From positions 6,750 to 70,749 of the forward strand of contig CAVZDM010000026.1 in the NCBI GenBank assembly GCA_963773955.1: 64,000 nt of DNA, read 5' to 3'. The position numbers and the translations under genes were made by a program. Numbering within the stretch: position 1 is the stretch's first letter; every line of letters begins with the position of its first letter. Below the pieces are notes generated by a model. That model was not told the DNA's origin and did no database searches. It saw only the letters and a list, made by a program, of their open reading frames with translations. Source of the stretch: an uncultured Acidobacteriaceae bacterium. Lineage in GTDB: Bacteria > Acidobacteriota > Terriglobia > Terriglobales > Acidobacteriaceae. This document shows, in pieces, positions 53,830-63,379 of the stretch.

Positions 53830-56040
53830 TCATTTCGCTGAGACCAGATCGCGGAGCCGATAAAGCTGAAGCCTTTCGCGATTGAAGATCAAGTCGTAGT
53901 CATCCGGTGGAAATTTGACCGTGGGTGGCGGCGGCACTTGCACGAGGATGTAGGGTGGCCGCCTTGCGAGGACGTCCGGAAGCGCCGGCATTTGGCGCAC
54001 CCGCCCTCCCGCGAGCCACTGTACATCACTGCCGGGAATGTCGTAGACCACCGGGTCATCGGCGATACCGGTGTATACCGAGAAGCGGTTGAACTCGTGC
54101 CACACGATGACGTCTTGCGCGATATGCAAGATGTGGGTCTTGATCGTGATACGGCCCGCGTCCTTCTCCGTGTAGAGCAGGTTCACCAGCTCCATTTCCT
54201 TCGGCCCCATCATCCAGCGCGGGTCCGGTGTCGAGCCCCAATAGCCACGTGCCGCGACGTTGAGGTCGATCCCCCAATCCTCGGCAATCGAGTGCTCCTG
54301 GTAGTCGTAATTTCCCGCGGGGCGCGCATTCCATGGAAAGATGAGAATCGCGAGCAACGTCGCTACGACCATTGCGCGCCGCCCGCGATTGAAGACGAAC
54401 GCGAACGGGAGCGCCGCCGGGAAGGTCAGGAAAAATGGCGTCCAGTATTCGTCCAGCTTGTAGTGAAGATCCGCGAGAAGCTCTCCGCGTTCGGTGGCTC
54501 CAATCTGTCCCAGTCCGACATTTGAAGCGCCGAGCCTTTGGCCTGCGGCCTCGACGATAAGAGTTAGCAGCAGCGCAATCACGACCGGCGAGCCGTCGAT
54601 CGAGCGCGCTTCGCGGCCACGAAGCGCGGCAATATAAAGCAGTCCGATAGCGCTGAAAGCACTCAGCATTGGGAACTGCTGGAAAATCTGCGCGAATATG
54701 GTGTTGGGATCCCTGGTGTTGGTGTAGATGAGAGCGGCGGCGAAAATTGCCACCATCATCGCGTCGCGCCCGCGCGCCTCGCTGCCGAGGGCGGCAGTTG
54801 TCTTCGGCTCCGGGAGCGCGCGTGAGGCCATCACGATCACGCCGACACCGACGAATTGAATCAGCGGCAATATCGGATAAGGCAGAATCCTCCCGGCGGC
54901 GATCGCAAACTCGGGCCCCGCGAAGATGACGGCGCCGGCCACGCAAACGAGCCTGAGCAGCATCACGCGAGGCTGATGGGCATTGCGCCACAAGATAGCA
55001 ATCCCCGCCACTGCGATCGCGAAGCCACCATCGATCGCATGCGAGGCGACCGCGGTTCCCAGAATGAGCGAGCCGAGCGCCACCAGCATGCGGCGCGATT
55101 TGCGGTCGAGTACGAATGCGAGGCCAACGGCGACCAGCGCGAATGCGACCGCGGTCCCGCGCATCCCTACCATCCGGCGAAACGTGTTGGTGAAGAAGAG
55201 CAACAACGCGGCGATACCACCCGCCGTGTCGCCGAGCGTCGCCGCGCCGAATCGATATGCCGCGAAGATCGTCAGCGCCGCCATCGGCACCATCCCGCCA
55301 CTATGCGCGAGGAGACCGAGTTGCGTACGCGATCCCATCGCCAGCATTGCGAGGAAAAGCTCGAGCCCGGGAGTTTGCGCTTGCGGTCCCCACGATCCGT
55401 ACGCGTCGTTATCGAAGGGCAGGTAGTGTCCGAACGTGAGGATGCGCTGCACCGAGGCCGGACACGCCATCACGTCCATATAGGGCGCAGCGGGCGAACC
55501 GAGTTCCAGCGGCACGAGCCCTAACGCGGCCAGACCGAACGCGAGCAGCGCCAGCGCTTGTCCTGCCGTGGGCCGTGGCGCGCTAGCGCGCGTGCGGGTC
55601 GCCATAATCCAAACGCCCGCGATGAGTAGAAGCAGCCATATTACTGGCGCACGAAAAAGCCCGATGGGGCCGAGTAAATTTCCAAGCAGCCAGGCCGCGA
55701 CCCATGCGCCACTCGCACCGCCGAGGATCGCATCGAAGAAATCGATCTCGGCATCGAGCCTGAGCAGGATGCCAGCGCCGACCGCTGTGAGGAACGCCCA
55801 GAAAGTCCAGATCTTCAGCGCCGCGAGGAAGGTCGCGCCGAAAACCGGTTTGATACCGGCGATCGCGGCGGAAACATCGATCTCCCATGGAGCTCCCTTG
55901 AGCCTCCAGTACGAGAGCATCGTGATGGCGACGAGCGCGGCCCCAATCGTCGCGTACTCGACGGCGGCTCGCGGCACGCGGCCCGACGCCCGGTTGGTGC
56001 TCGCTTCGACGCTCGCCGATGAATTGCCGGATGCCGCCAT
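53830..56040 (-). CDS. Large polytopic membrane protein with a ~190-aa C-terminal soluble domain, unknown function
   Basis: 736 aa. It is hydrophobic through to about residue 540, then becomes a soluble region (…DYQEHSIAEDWGIDLN…). Ends 18 nt upstream of the next gene. Confidence 0.55.
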   Translation of the reverse strand: MAASGNSSASVEASTNRASGRVPRAAVEYATIGAALVAITMLSYWRLKGAPWEIDVSAAIAGIKPVFGATFLAALKIWTFWAFLTAVGAGILLRLDAEIDFFDAILGGASGAWVAAWLLGNLLGPIGLFRAPVIWLLLLIAGVWIMATRTRASAPRPTAGQALALLAFGLAALGLVPLELGSPAAPYMDVMACPASVQRILTFGHYLPFDNDAYGSWGPQAQTPGLELFLAMLAMGSRTQLGLLAHSGGMVPMAALTIFAAYRFGAATLGDTAGGIAALLLFFTNTFRRMVGMRGTAVAFALVAVGLAFVLDRKSRRMLVALGSLILGTAVASHAIDGGFAIAVAGIAILWRNAHQPRVMLLRLVCVAGAVIFAGPEFAIAAGRILPYPILPLIQFVGVGVIVMASRALPEPKTTAALGSEARGRDAMMVAIFAAALIYTNTRDPNTIFAQIFQQFPMLSAFSAIGLLYIAALRGREARSIDGSPVVIALLLTLIVEAAGQRLGASNVGLGQIGATERGELLADLHYKLDEYWTPFFLTFPAALPFAFVFNRGRRAMVVATLLAILIFPWNARPAGNYDYQEHSIAEDWGIDLNVAARGYWGSTPDPRWMMGPKEMELVNLLYTEKDAGRITIKTHILHIAQDVIVWHEFNRFSVYTGIADDPVVYDIPGSDVQWLAGGRVRQMPALPDVLARRPPYILVQVPPPPTVKFPPDDYDLIFNRERLQLYRLRDLVSAK

Positions 56041-56157
56041 GGTTAGGTCGAACGACAGAATGCCGCATCAGTACCGGGTATGCCAGACGGGGTTTAACTC
56101 GCTGGCGTTGCGCCGCTTCACGATGCGATATTGGGTGGCAATCAATTTCAGGAGTGC

Positions 56158-57168
56158 ATGATGCAACGACGACTCGGGATCACACTTCCGATCGATCCTT
56201 TCATTAATCGCCGGATCGGCGAGGCGGTACGTCTCGCCGATCAGTGCGGCTACACCGATGCCTGGACCTTCGAGGCGAACAGCAGCGACGCCTTCTCGCC
56301 GATCGCGGCGATGGCGATGCTGTCGGACAAGCTGCGTTTCGGGACTGCAATCGTGCCGGTATATACCCGGCCCGCGGCGCTGATCGCGATGTCGGCGGCG
56401 ACGGTCGCCAACCTTTCTGGCGGGCGCTTCGTGCTCGGGCTCGGCATCTCCAGCCCCGCCATCGTGCAGAATTGGATGAGCGTGCCGTACGTGAAGACCC
56501 ACACCCGTACGCGCGAAACGGTCGCGGCGGTGCGCGCCATCCTGAAGGGTGAGAAATACAGCGTCGATGGCAAATCCATGAAAATCAACGGATTTCGCAT
56601 GGACCTCGCGCTTGACGTTCCTCCTCCGCCGATCTACCTCGGCGCACAAGGGTCGGCAATGTGCCGGATGGCGGGCGAGATCGGCGATGGCCTTATCACC
56701 AACTTCGTTACAACGGATTCGCTTCCGGCGATGATTGATCATACGAAAGAGGGCATGCGCTCGGTGGGCAAGGATCCCGCGCAGCTCGATGTGGTATGCC
56801 GAATCAACGTTGCAGTGGGCGAAGACGCCGCGACGGCGCGCGTTCTCTTCAAGCGCAATCTCGCCGCATACATCACTGTCCCCGGGTACAACAAGTTCTT
56901 CAGGGAAATCGGCTACGAGAATGAGGCCGGTAAGGCGATGGAGTTGTGGAATCGCGGCGAACGCAAAGCGGCGCTCGAATCGCTTCCCGATGAGATGGTC
57001 GAGCGCATTTATGTGTTCGGCGACGCGAAGACGTGCCGGAAGCGGGTCGATGAGTTCTTCAAGGCGGGAGTGACGACGACGGCGCTGCAGTTCATTTCAT
57101 TTGCACCGAAGCCGGAGGAACGCGGCGTACGCCTCCTCAAGGCGCTGCGGGATTTCGCGGACGCATAG
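56158..57168 (+). CDS. Luciferase-like (LLM-class) flavin/F420-dependent oxidoreductase
   Basis: ATG 56158 follows CAGGAG. The pattern ...GYTDAW..E......F...AA.A..T..LR.GTAIVP...R.PA..AM.AAT...LSGGRF.LGLG fits the LLM class. Confidence 0.8.
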   Translation: MMQRRLGITLPIDPFINRRIGEAVRLADQCGYTDAWTFEANSSDAFSPIAAMAMLSDKLRFGTAIVPVYTRPAALIAMSAATVANLSGGRFVLGLGISSPAIVQNWMSVPYVKTHTRTRETVAAVRAILKGEKYSVDGKSMKINGFRMDLALDVPPPPIYLGAQGSAMCRMAGEIGDGLITNFVTTDSLPAMIDHTKEGMRSVGKDPAQLDVVCRINVAVGEDAATARVLFKRNLAAYITVPGYNKFFREIGYENEAGKAMELWNRGERKAALESLPDEMVERIYVFGDAKTCRKRVDEFFKAGVTTTALQFISFAPKPEERGVRLLKALRDFADA

Positions 57169-57191
57169 GTTTCATCGCATCGAAAAAAGGA

Positions 57192-57220
57192 ACGGGCGCC
57201 CGAAGATATCGGACGCCCGT
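57192..57220. terminator. Bidirectional Rho-independent terminator
   Basis: ACGGGCGCCCGA-AGATA-TCGGACGCCCGT is flanked by AAAAAAGG (left) and TTTTG (right). It lies between convergent genes. Confidence 0.7.
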
Positions 57221-57245
57221 TTTGATGAGGAGGTTTGACGACCGA

Positions 57246-57983
57246 CTACGGGATGAAGTTGCGCAGCATGGGACCTAGCGCATTCAGATTGGAGTTCCCG
57301 TATCCATACCCGTTGCCATACGAGTTCAGGCCGGAGTTCCCATATCCATAACCGTTGCCGTAAGCGTTTGCGTTCGGATTGAATGAGCCATAGGCCCGGC
57401 CGTACCCGTCGTGAGTGCGAGCGTTCGCAATCTGCTTGTTCAACCCGATCATGTCTCTGAGAAGATGCTTCGCGCGGTCGCGATTGCCGTTGCGAACTGC
57501 CTGCTGATAGAGAATCTGCGCGTTGTCACGCTGGCGGATCAGATTGGCCATACCGCCGCCGATCGGCGCGCCATAGCCACCGAGCCCGGGCACACCATAG
57601 TTGCCGAGACCGCCGAGGAACGGTGCGCCATAGTTGGAAGGCGCGGCGTAGTAAGGTTCGGGATAGTAACCCTGCCCGTAGTTGTTCGGATACGAATTGT
57701 ACAGGGGTGCTTGATACGCATTGTAGGCCGGACCGGATGGGTAATAACCGCGCGGAGCCACCGGAACCATCGGTGCAGACGGCCTCATCCAGAGCCGATC
57801 ATTCTCCGCCAGACGAGGCGCCCAGTTCGCCCGAGGAGCAATCTCCGACCGATAGGCCGAGTTCTTATGAGACCACGACATCCAACCGTGGTGACGTCCG
57901 TGGTCATGAGCCGACGCCGTGATCGGCACTGCCAGTAACGCAACACCGAGCAAGGCTGATAAAACGCTCTTGTTCGCATTCAT
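57246..57983 (-). CDS. Secreted Gly/Tyr/Asn/Pro-rich low-complexity protein
   Basis: ATG 57983 gives MNANKSVLSALLGVALLAVPITASA. Contains the conserved helix LIRQRDNAQILYQQAVRNGNRDRAKHLL and a C-terminal (GNGYGYGNS)n tail. Confidence 0.7.
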   Translation of the reverse strand: MNANKSVLSALLGVALLAVPITASAHDHGRHHGWMSWSHKNSAYRSEIAPRANWAPRLAENDRLWMRPSAPMVPVAPRGYYPSGPAYNAYQAPLYNSYPNNYGQGYYPEPYYAAPSNYGAPFLGGLGNYGVPGLGGYGAPIGGGMANLIRQRDNAQILYQQAVRNGNRDRAKHLLRDMIGLNKQIANARTHDGYGRAYGSFNPNANAYGNGYGYGNSGLNSYGNGYGYGNSNLNALGPMLRNFIP

Positions 57984-58107
57984 TGCCGTCCCTCCTGGTT
58001 GGTTAATACGCATAAGAAATGCCGCGGATACAGATTAGTTGTTCTAAGAACTTTAGATGCACCGGAAGCGTAAGACGCGGCTCGCGAGGCCTTCGTTTGC
58101 CAAAAGC

Positions 58108-58136
58108 ACGGGCGTCCGATGATATCGGACGCCCGT
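58108..58136 (-). terminator. Rho-independent terminator of the second GY-rich gene
   Basis: ACGGGCGTCCGAT-GAT-ATCGGACGCCCGT is a perfect stem. On the minus strand it is followed by GCTTTTGG. It is nearly identical to the stem at 57192. Confidence 0.7.
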
Positions 58137-58162
58137 TCCTTTCGGACTGACTTGGGGAGCGA

Positions 58163-58705
58163 CTAGCCACGCGCGCGAGCGATCTGCTTGTTCAACCCAA
58201 TGATGTCGTTGAGCAGGTGCTTCGCGCGATCGCGATTACCGTTGGCAACTGCCTGATGGTAGAGAATCTGCGCGTTGTCGCGCTGGCGCATCAGGTTAGC
58301 CACGTATCCAGCAACCGGCGCGCCATAACCGCCGAGGACCGGCGCACCATAGAACGGAGTGGAGTAGGGTACGGCATAGTAACCCGGCCCGTAGTTGTTC
58401 ACATACGGAGTGTAGGGTGCGGCAACCGGACCGGTGTAAACCGGGCGATAGTCGCGGTCGCGCCAGCGCCAGTCGTCGCGCGCAGGCACCCGCACCATCG
58501 GCGCAGTCGGCCTCATAAAGAGCCGATCGTTGGCCGCTACTCGCGGCGCGAAGTTCGCCCGCGCAGCAACCGCCGGGACATTATGATACGCGGCGACCGG
58601 GCCACGGTTACGGTAATCGTCGTGAGAGCGAGCCGACGCCGTGATGGGAACCGCCAGTAAAGCAACGCCGAGCAGGGCTGACAGAACGCTCTTATTCGCT
58701 TTCAT
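58163..58705 (-). CDS. Secreted Tyr/Pro/Gly-rich protein, paralogue of 57246..57983
   Basis: MKANKSVLSALLGVALLAVPITASA shares an identical 22-aa core with its paralogue. It also shares ...NDRLFMRPTAPMV... and ...LMRQRDNAQILYHQAVANGNRDRAKHLL.... Confidence 0.7.
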   Translation of the reverse strand: MKANKSVLSALLGVALLAVPITASARSHDDYRNRGPVAAYHNVPAVAARANFAPRVAANDRLFMRPTAPMVRVPARDDWRWRDRDYRPVYTGPVAAPYTPYVNNYGPGYYAVPYSTPFYGAPVLGGYGAPVAGYVANLMRQRDNAQILYHQAVANGNRDRAKHLLNDIIGLNKQIARARG

Positions 58706-58839
58706 TTTCCTCGCCTCCTGCCTGGTCAATACGCATAAGAAGTGCCGTCGTTACTGATAAGCAAATGCGGCTGTTTTCGCGACGAACGCGTTACCGGTAC
58801 ACGGGTACGGGAGGTCGCTACCCTAAAACGGCGAGCTGC

Positions 58840-59118
58840 TTAGACGAAGGTGCGGCGCGCCACCCAGTACATCGTCGCACCGACGATGGCGTAGGCCGCG
58901 ATGCCTTCGAGCAGGCTGGCGCCGCTGGTGACGAGGAACACCGCGACCATCGCGATGGTGCCGATGACGGCGACGACCTGCTCGATGCGGCGTTCGCGGG
59001 CGCGCATCCTGGCGACGTGCTCGCTGATGGCGGCGCCGCAGTTGGGACATACGCCGCCGCGCTTGACCACCAGGTCAGCCGCGCATTCGGGGCACTCGAT
59101 TTTGGTCCGCAGCGGCAT
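58840..59118 (-). CDS. Zinc-ribbon plus two-TM membrane protein, hypothetical
   Basis: CPECAADL...CPNCG, followed by hydrophobic segments. Lies 21 nt downstream of the methyltransferase gene. Confidence 0.5.
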   Translation of the reverse strand: MPLRTKIECPECAADLVVKRGGVCPNCGAAISEHVARMRARERRIEQVVAVIGTIAMVAVFLVTSGASLLEGIAAYAIVGATMYWVARRTFV

Positions 59119-59139
59119 CGATTAGAAAAGCTACCTGCC

Positions 59140-59907
59140 TCATTGCCACGGCGCCATCGGACGCGCCTCGATCAGGCAGTGCAGCGGAAATTTCTCGACC
59201 GCCGGGCCGCTATCCGATTGCTGGAGGAACTCCCTGGTTGGCTCGGGCTCATCGAACATCGTGACCGCAAGCCCGGCGTCGCGAATCGCGCGGAAGTACC
59301 ACGACAGCGGCCGGTGATACGCGAGCATCTCGTATTCCTCCGTCATGCTCCATCGAAGCCATTCCGAAAAAAGCTCGCGATAGCGTTCGAGACGAAGCGA
59401 GATCACCGGCGTGCGGCCGAAGCCTCCTTCGGTCAGCCACGACGAAGCGCGCGGGATGTCGAAGCACGGATGCGAGAACAACATCACGCATCGCCCCGAG
59501 CGCTTCACCACGCGCCCCATTTCTTTGATCGCGCCGGCGGCATTTGGCATGTCCATGAGCGCCATGCAGGTGGTGACGAGGTCGAACGAGTTCGCCTTGA
59601 AGACGGAGAGATTGGAGGCGTCGCATCCATGGTAGGTCGCGCCCAGAGGATTCCTGGTCTCGCGCGCTTTCGCGAGCTCGATAATCGGCAGCGAGCCATC
59701 GACGCCGGTCACGCGATTTCCCATCCGCGTGAGGGTTCGCACCAGGCTTCCATTGCCGCATCCCACATCGAGGATTTCGCGCCCGGTGACCTTGCCGATG
59801 ACCTTCAGGAGCCCCGGATAGATCAGCGTGCGATGCCATAGATCGCCCTCGTCGCCCTGGTTCTCGTCGAACCAGTCCGCCAGCGTCGCCCATTCGCGTC
59901 GTTGCAT
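59140..59907 (-). CDS. Class I SAM-dependent methyltransferase
   Basis: ATG 59907 (MQRREWATLADWFD). Motif I ILDVGCGNG. Acidic post-I residue in VTGVDGS. Confidence 0.85.
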   Translation of the reverse strand: MQRREWATLADWFDENQGDEGDLWHRTLIYPGLLKVIGKVTGREILDVGCGNGSLVRTLTRMGNRVTGVDGSLPIIELAKARETRNPLGATYHGCDASNLSVFKANSFDLVTTCMALMDMPNAAGAIKEMGRVVKRSGRCVMLFSHPCFDIPRASSWLTEGGFGRTPVISLRLERYRELFSEWLRWSMTEEYEMLAYHRPLSWYFRAIRDAGLAVTMFDEPEPTREFLQQSDSGPAVEKFPLHCLIEARPMAPWQ

Positions 59908-59917
59908 GAGACCTCCC

Positions 59918-61531
59918 CTAACTCGCGGACTTGCGTTGCTCCTCCAGCTTGCGCAACTCGACGCGGCGAATCTTGCCGCTAACGGTCTTCGGCAAATCCT
60001 CGACGAACTCGATCTCGCGCGGATATTTATATGGCGCGGTGATGCGCTTGCAATGCTCCTGGAGCTCACGCGTGAGGGCCTCGTCGCCGGTGACGCCCGC
60101 CTTAAGCCGCACGAAAGCCTTGACGATGTGGCCGCGATCGGGGTCGGGACTCGCGACCACCGCGGATTCCATCACCGAGGGATGCTCGAGGAGCGCGCTC
60201 TCGACCTCGAACGGGCCGATGCGATAGCCCGCCGATGTGATGACATCGTCGGCGCGCCCGACGAACCATAGATAGCCCTCGGCATCGCGATAGGCTTTGT
60301 CTCCGGTGAGGTAGTAGTCGCCGCGAAACACGAGCGCGTTCTCTTCGGGATTTTTCCAGTACTCGCGCATGATCGAGGGCGGCTTCTCCGGCTTCACGCG
60401 CACCGCGATTTGCCCGACATCGCCCTCGCCACATTCATGCAGGTCCTCGTCAACGATGCGCACGTCGTGGCCCGGAAACGGACGCCCCATCGATCCGAGC
60501 TTCACCTTGGTGTCGGGCATATTGCACGCGAGGATGATGGTCTCGGTCTGCCCGTAGCCGTCGCGAATTGTGAGGTTGAAGTTGCGCCGCCACACCTCGA
60601 TGACCTCGGGATTGAGAGGCTCGCCCGCCGCGGTGCAATGCCGCAGCTTCGGCACTTTGTATTTCGAGAGGTCCTCCTTGACCAGCATCCGATACTCGGT
60701 CGGCGGCGCGCAAAACGTGGTGATGCCGTAGCGCTCGAGGAGTTCCATCTCGCGTGCCGGCTCGAAGCGCCCGTTGTACATGAACACCGTCACGCCGTTC
60801 ATCCAGGGGCCGAAGATCACACCATATGCAGCCTTCGCCCATCCAGTGTCGCTGGTCGTCCAATGGATATCGTTCGGTTTCAGGTTGAGCCAATTCAGCC
60901 CGGTGAACTTGTGACTATAGATGTAGCTGTGCGAATGGAGCACGGCCTTCGGTTCTTTGGTGGTTCCCGAAGTGTAGTAGCAAATCGCGGGATCGCTCGC
61001 TCGCGTCCTTAAGACCTTGAACCTGTGCGACGCTTTCTGCATTTCTTCCGGCAGACTCATCCATCCGCTGCGCGCCGCCCCGACGATTAGATAGTGCTCG
61101 AGCGTCGGGCATTGATTGCGCAGCTCGACAACTATCGATGCGCTGTTCACCGATGCGATGATCGCTTTGGCGCCCGAATGGTTGGCGCGATAGACGAGGT
61201 CCTTCTCGCGCAGCATCCCGGTGCACGGGATTACGATCGCGCCGGCCTTCAGGGCGCCGATGTAAGCGCTGTGCCACATCGGAATCCTCGGCAGCACCAG
61301 CAGGACCGGGTCGCCGGCGCCGATACCGAGCTCGCTCAGCACGTTCGCGATGCGGTTGGATTGCTCGGAGAAATCGCCGAAGGTGAGCCGCGCGCGATTG
61401 CCTTCCTGATCCTCCCATAGGAGCGCGACGCGATTGTGATCGGTAGCGAACTCATCGACGACGTTGCCAAAGTTGAAATACTCGGGCGTGTCCCATCGAA
61501 ATTCTGTGTAGATTTTTTCGTAGCTGTCCAT
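59918..61531 (-). CDS. Acyl-CoA synthetase (AMP-forming, medium-chain/ACSM-like)
   Basis: YYTSGTTKEPKAV, GYGQTE, YLTGDKAYRDAEGYLWFVGRADDVI, and PKTVSGKIRR at the C-terminus. Confidence 0.9.
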   Translation of the reverse strand: MDSYEKIYTEFRWDTPEYFNFGNVVDEFATDHNRVALLWEDQEGNRARLTFGDFSEQSNRIANVLSELGIGAGDPVLLVLPRIPMWHSAYIGALKAGAIVIPCTGMLREKDLVYRANHSGAKAIIASVNSASIVVELRNQCPTLEHYLIVGAARSGWMSLPEEMQKASHRFKVLRTRASDPAICYYTSGTTKEPKAVLHSHSYIYSHKFTGLNWLNLKPNDIHWTTSDTGWAKAAYGVIFGPWMNGVTVFMYNGRFEPAREMELLERYGITTFCAPPTEYRMLVKEDLSKYKVPKLRHCTAAGEPLNPEVIEVWRRNFNLTIRDGYGQTETIILACNMPDTKVKLGSMGRPFPGHDVRIVDEDLHECGEGDVGQIAVRVKPEKPPSIMREYWKNPEENALVFRGDYYLTGDKAYRDAEGYLWFVGRADDVITSAGYRIGPFEVESALLEHPSVMESAVVASPDPDRGHIVKAFVRLKAGVTGDEALTRELQEHCKRITAPYKYPREIEFVEDLPKTVSGKIRRVELRKLEEQRKSAS

Positions 61532-61546
61532 TGATTCGTCGAATGA

Positions 61547-63235
61547 TTATCCGCGAGACCTGGTCTTCTTTTCCACAGGCGCCTGCGAGCGCTTCGCCGC
61601 CGCCTTGATGTATTTCAACGTCACCGGCGACAGATCGTCGCGCTCGACGCGCACATCGATGATCGAGAACGAATCTTCCTGATGCGCGCGCTCCAGCGCG
61701 AGCCGCAACTCTTCGGGAGTTTGCGCCTCGAAACCGGCGCCGCCCCAGTCACGTCCAAGGTTGGCATACGGCCACGCTGGAATATCCAGCAACTCGCGCC
61801 GCTCGGCCACCGGCCGAAAGATGCCCCATCCGCCATTGTTGATGACGAGCACGATCGGATTGGCGCCGAACTTTGGCGCATGCGAAATTTCCGGGCCGGT
61901 CATCTGAAACGCGCCGTCGCCACATAGCACGATAGGCCGCAGGCCGGAACCGATCTGCGCGCCGAGCGAGGCAGGCACCGCAAATCCCATCGAGGCGTAA
62001 AATCCCTGCGCGAGATAGTTGCCGCCACTTGGCACGCGGATGTCCAGCCCGCCGAACAGCATGTCACCCGATTCGGCGACGACCAGATATTTGTGGTGCG
62101 CGGCGAGGAACGCATTCACGGTGCGCAGGATATCCGCGACCTTGATTTGCCGCTCGTTACGTGCGGCCTCCTTCGGCAAGTTGTCCGCATATTGCACCTT
62201 CTCGTGATGCGTCTTCAGATCCTGCCGCAGCAGCGCGCGCACGAAATCGCGCACCCCGACATCGGTGTAGGTGTGATACTTCACGTCGACCTTGCGATCG
62301 ACGGCCCATACGGTGCGGCCCTGGATGATGTGCGGCGGCCGGTTGCCGAAATTCATGTCGGTCTTGAGACATCCGAGATTGATGACGAGATCGGCCTCGT
62401 CCATCCGGGCGACGATCGGTGGCGGACTGATCGGCCCGATGTGTACGCCCATATAGAGCGGATGGTCCATTGGAAACGCGCCCTTGCCGAGCACGGTGGT
62501 GAAGACCGGCGCGCCGAGTTTTTCCGCCAGCGCGACCAGCTCGGCGGACACTTTGTAGCGATGAATCTCGATGCCCGCGATGAGCACCGGCTTGCGGCTC
62601 GCGTTGAACATCTGCGCGGTCTCGCGCGCCGCCTCGCCAACCTTGTTCTGGTCGGAAGGATGGAAGTGCAGGTAGCCGTCCCATTTGATGATGTCGTCGG
62701 GAACTTCGATCTCGCGGTCGACCATGTCGCGATGGATCTCGACATAGCCGGGGCGCTGCTCGGCCCAAATTGCGCGGACCACATCATGAAGGTCCTGCGC
62801 GGCGCGTCGAGGATCGGTCAGGACGGCGGAGCCGCAAGTGACCTCCTTGAAAATGCGATGCTGCGATTCAATCTCGCGCGCCTGATGATGAATGAGGGTG
62901 CCGAGCTTGCGCTCCTCCTCTCCGGGGCCACCGGAGAAAATCAGAATCGGCACGCGCTCGGAAAAAGATCCCGCGACCGGATTGATAGTGTTGTGACCAC
63001 CGGCGCCATAAGTCACGCACATCACGCCGATTTTGCGCGACGCGCGTGCATATCCGTCGGCGGCGAAACCAACTCCCGGCTCGTGCGAAAAGGTATGAAC
63101 CTGGAAGCCGTGTTTGCGCCCCAGCGAAAAGAAGAGCTTGAGGGCGAGGTCGCCGGGAATTCCGAACAGATGTTCGGTGCCTATTTTCCGCAGGTAGGCG
63201 ACCAGAAAGTCGCCCAACTTCATGTGTCGCTTCAA
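61547..63235 (-). CDS. Thiamine-diphosphate-dependent enzyme (alpha-keto-acid decarboxylase / acetolactate-synthase superfamily)
   Basis: The N-terminal PYR domain has FGIPGD...HE..AGFAADGYAR. The C-terminal PP domain has GDGAFQMT...NNGGWG. The start may be 63223 (MKLGDF). Confidence 0.85.
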   Translation of the reverse strand: MKRHMKLGDFLVAYLRKIGTEHLFGIPGDLALKLFFSLGRKHGFQVHTFSHEPGVGFAADGYARASRKIGVMCVTYGAGGHNTINPVAGSFSERVPILIFSGGPGEEERKLGTLIHHQAREIESQHRIFKEVTCGSAVLTDPRRAAQDLHDVVRAIWAEQRPGYVEIHRDMVDREIEVPDDIIKWDGYLHFHPSDQNKVGEAARETAQMFNASRKPVLIAGIEIHRYKVSAELVALAEKLGAPVFTTVLGKGAFPMDHPLYMGVHIGPISPPPIVARMDEADLVINLGCLKTDMNFGNRPPHIIQGRTVWAVDRKVDVKYHTYTDVGVRDFVRALLRQDLKTHHEKVQYADNLPKEAARNERQIKVADILRTVNAFLAAHHKYLVVAESGDMLFGGLDIRVPSGGNYLAQGFYASMGFAVPASLGAQIGSGLRPIVLCGDGAFQMTGPEISHAPKFGANPIVLVINNGGWGIFRPVAERRELLDIPAWPYANLGRDWGGAGFEAQTPEELRLALERAHQEDSFSIIDVRVERDDLSPVTLKYIKAAAKRSQAPVEKKTRSRG

Positions 63236-63379
63236 GTTCCGTTTCCTTGATTCGCGCAGCCAGATGCAACGCGAGGCGCTCCCGAAAATTCTACCAGAAT
63301 CGTCATCCGCCGCCGCACTATGCTCGCCCGGTGCGTCGCGTAAGCTAGGGGTAGGGTTTCGCGACAGGAGGGCGGATCG

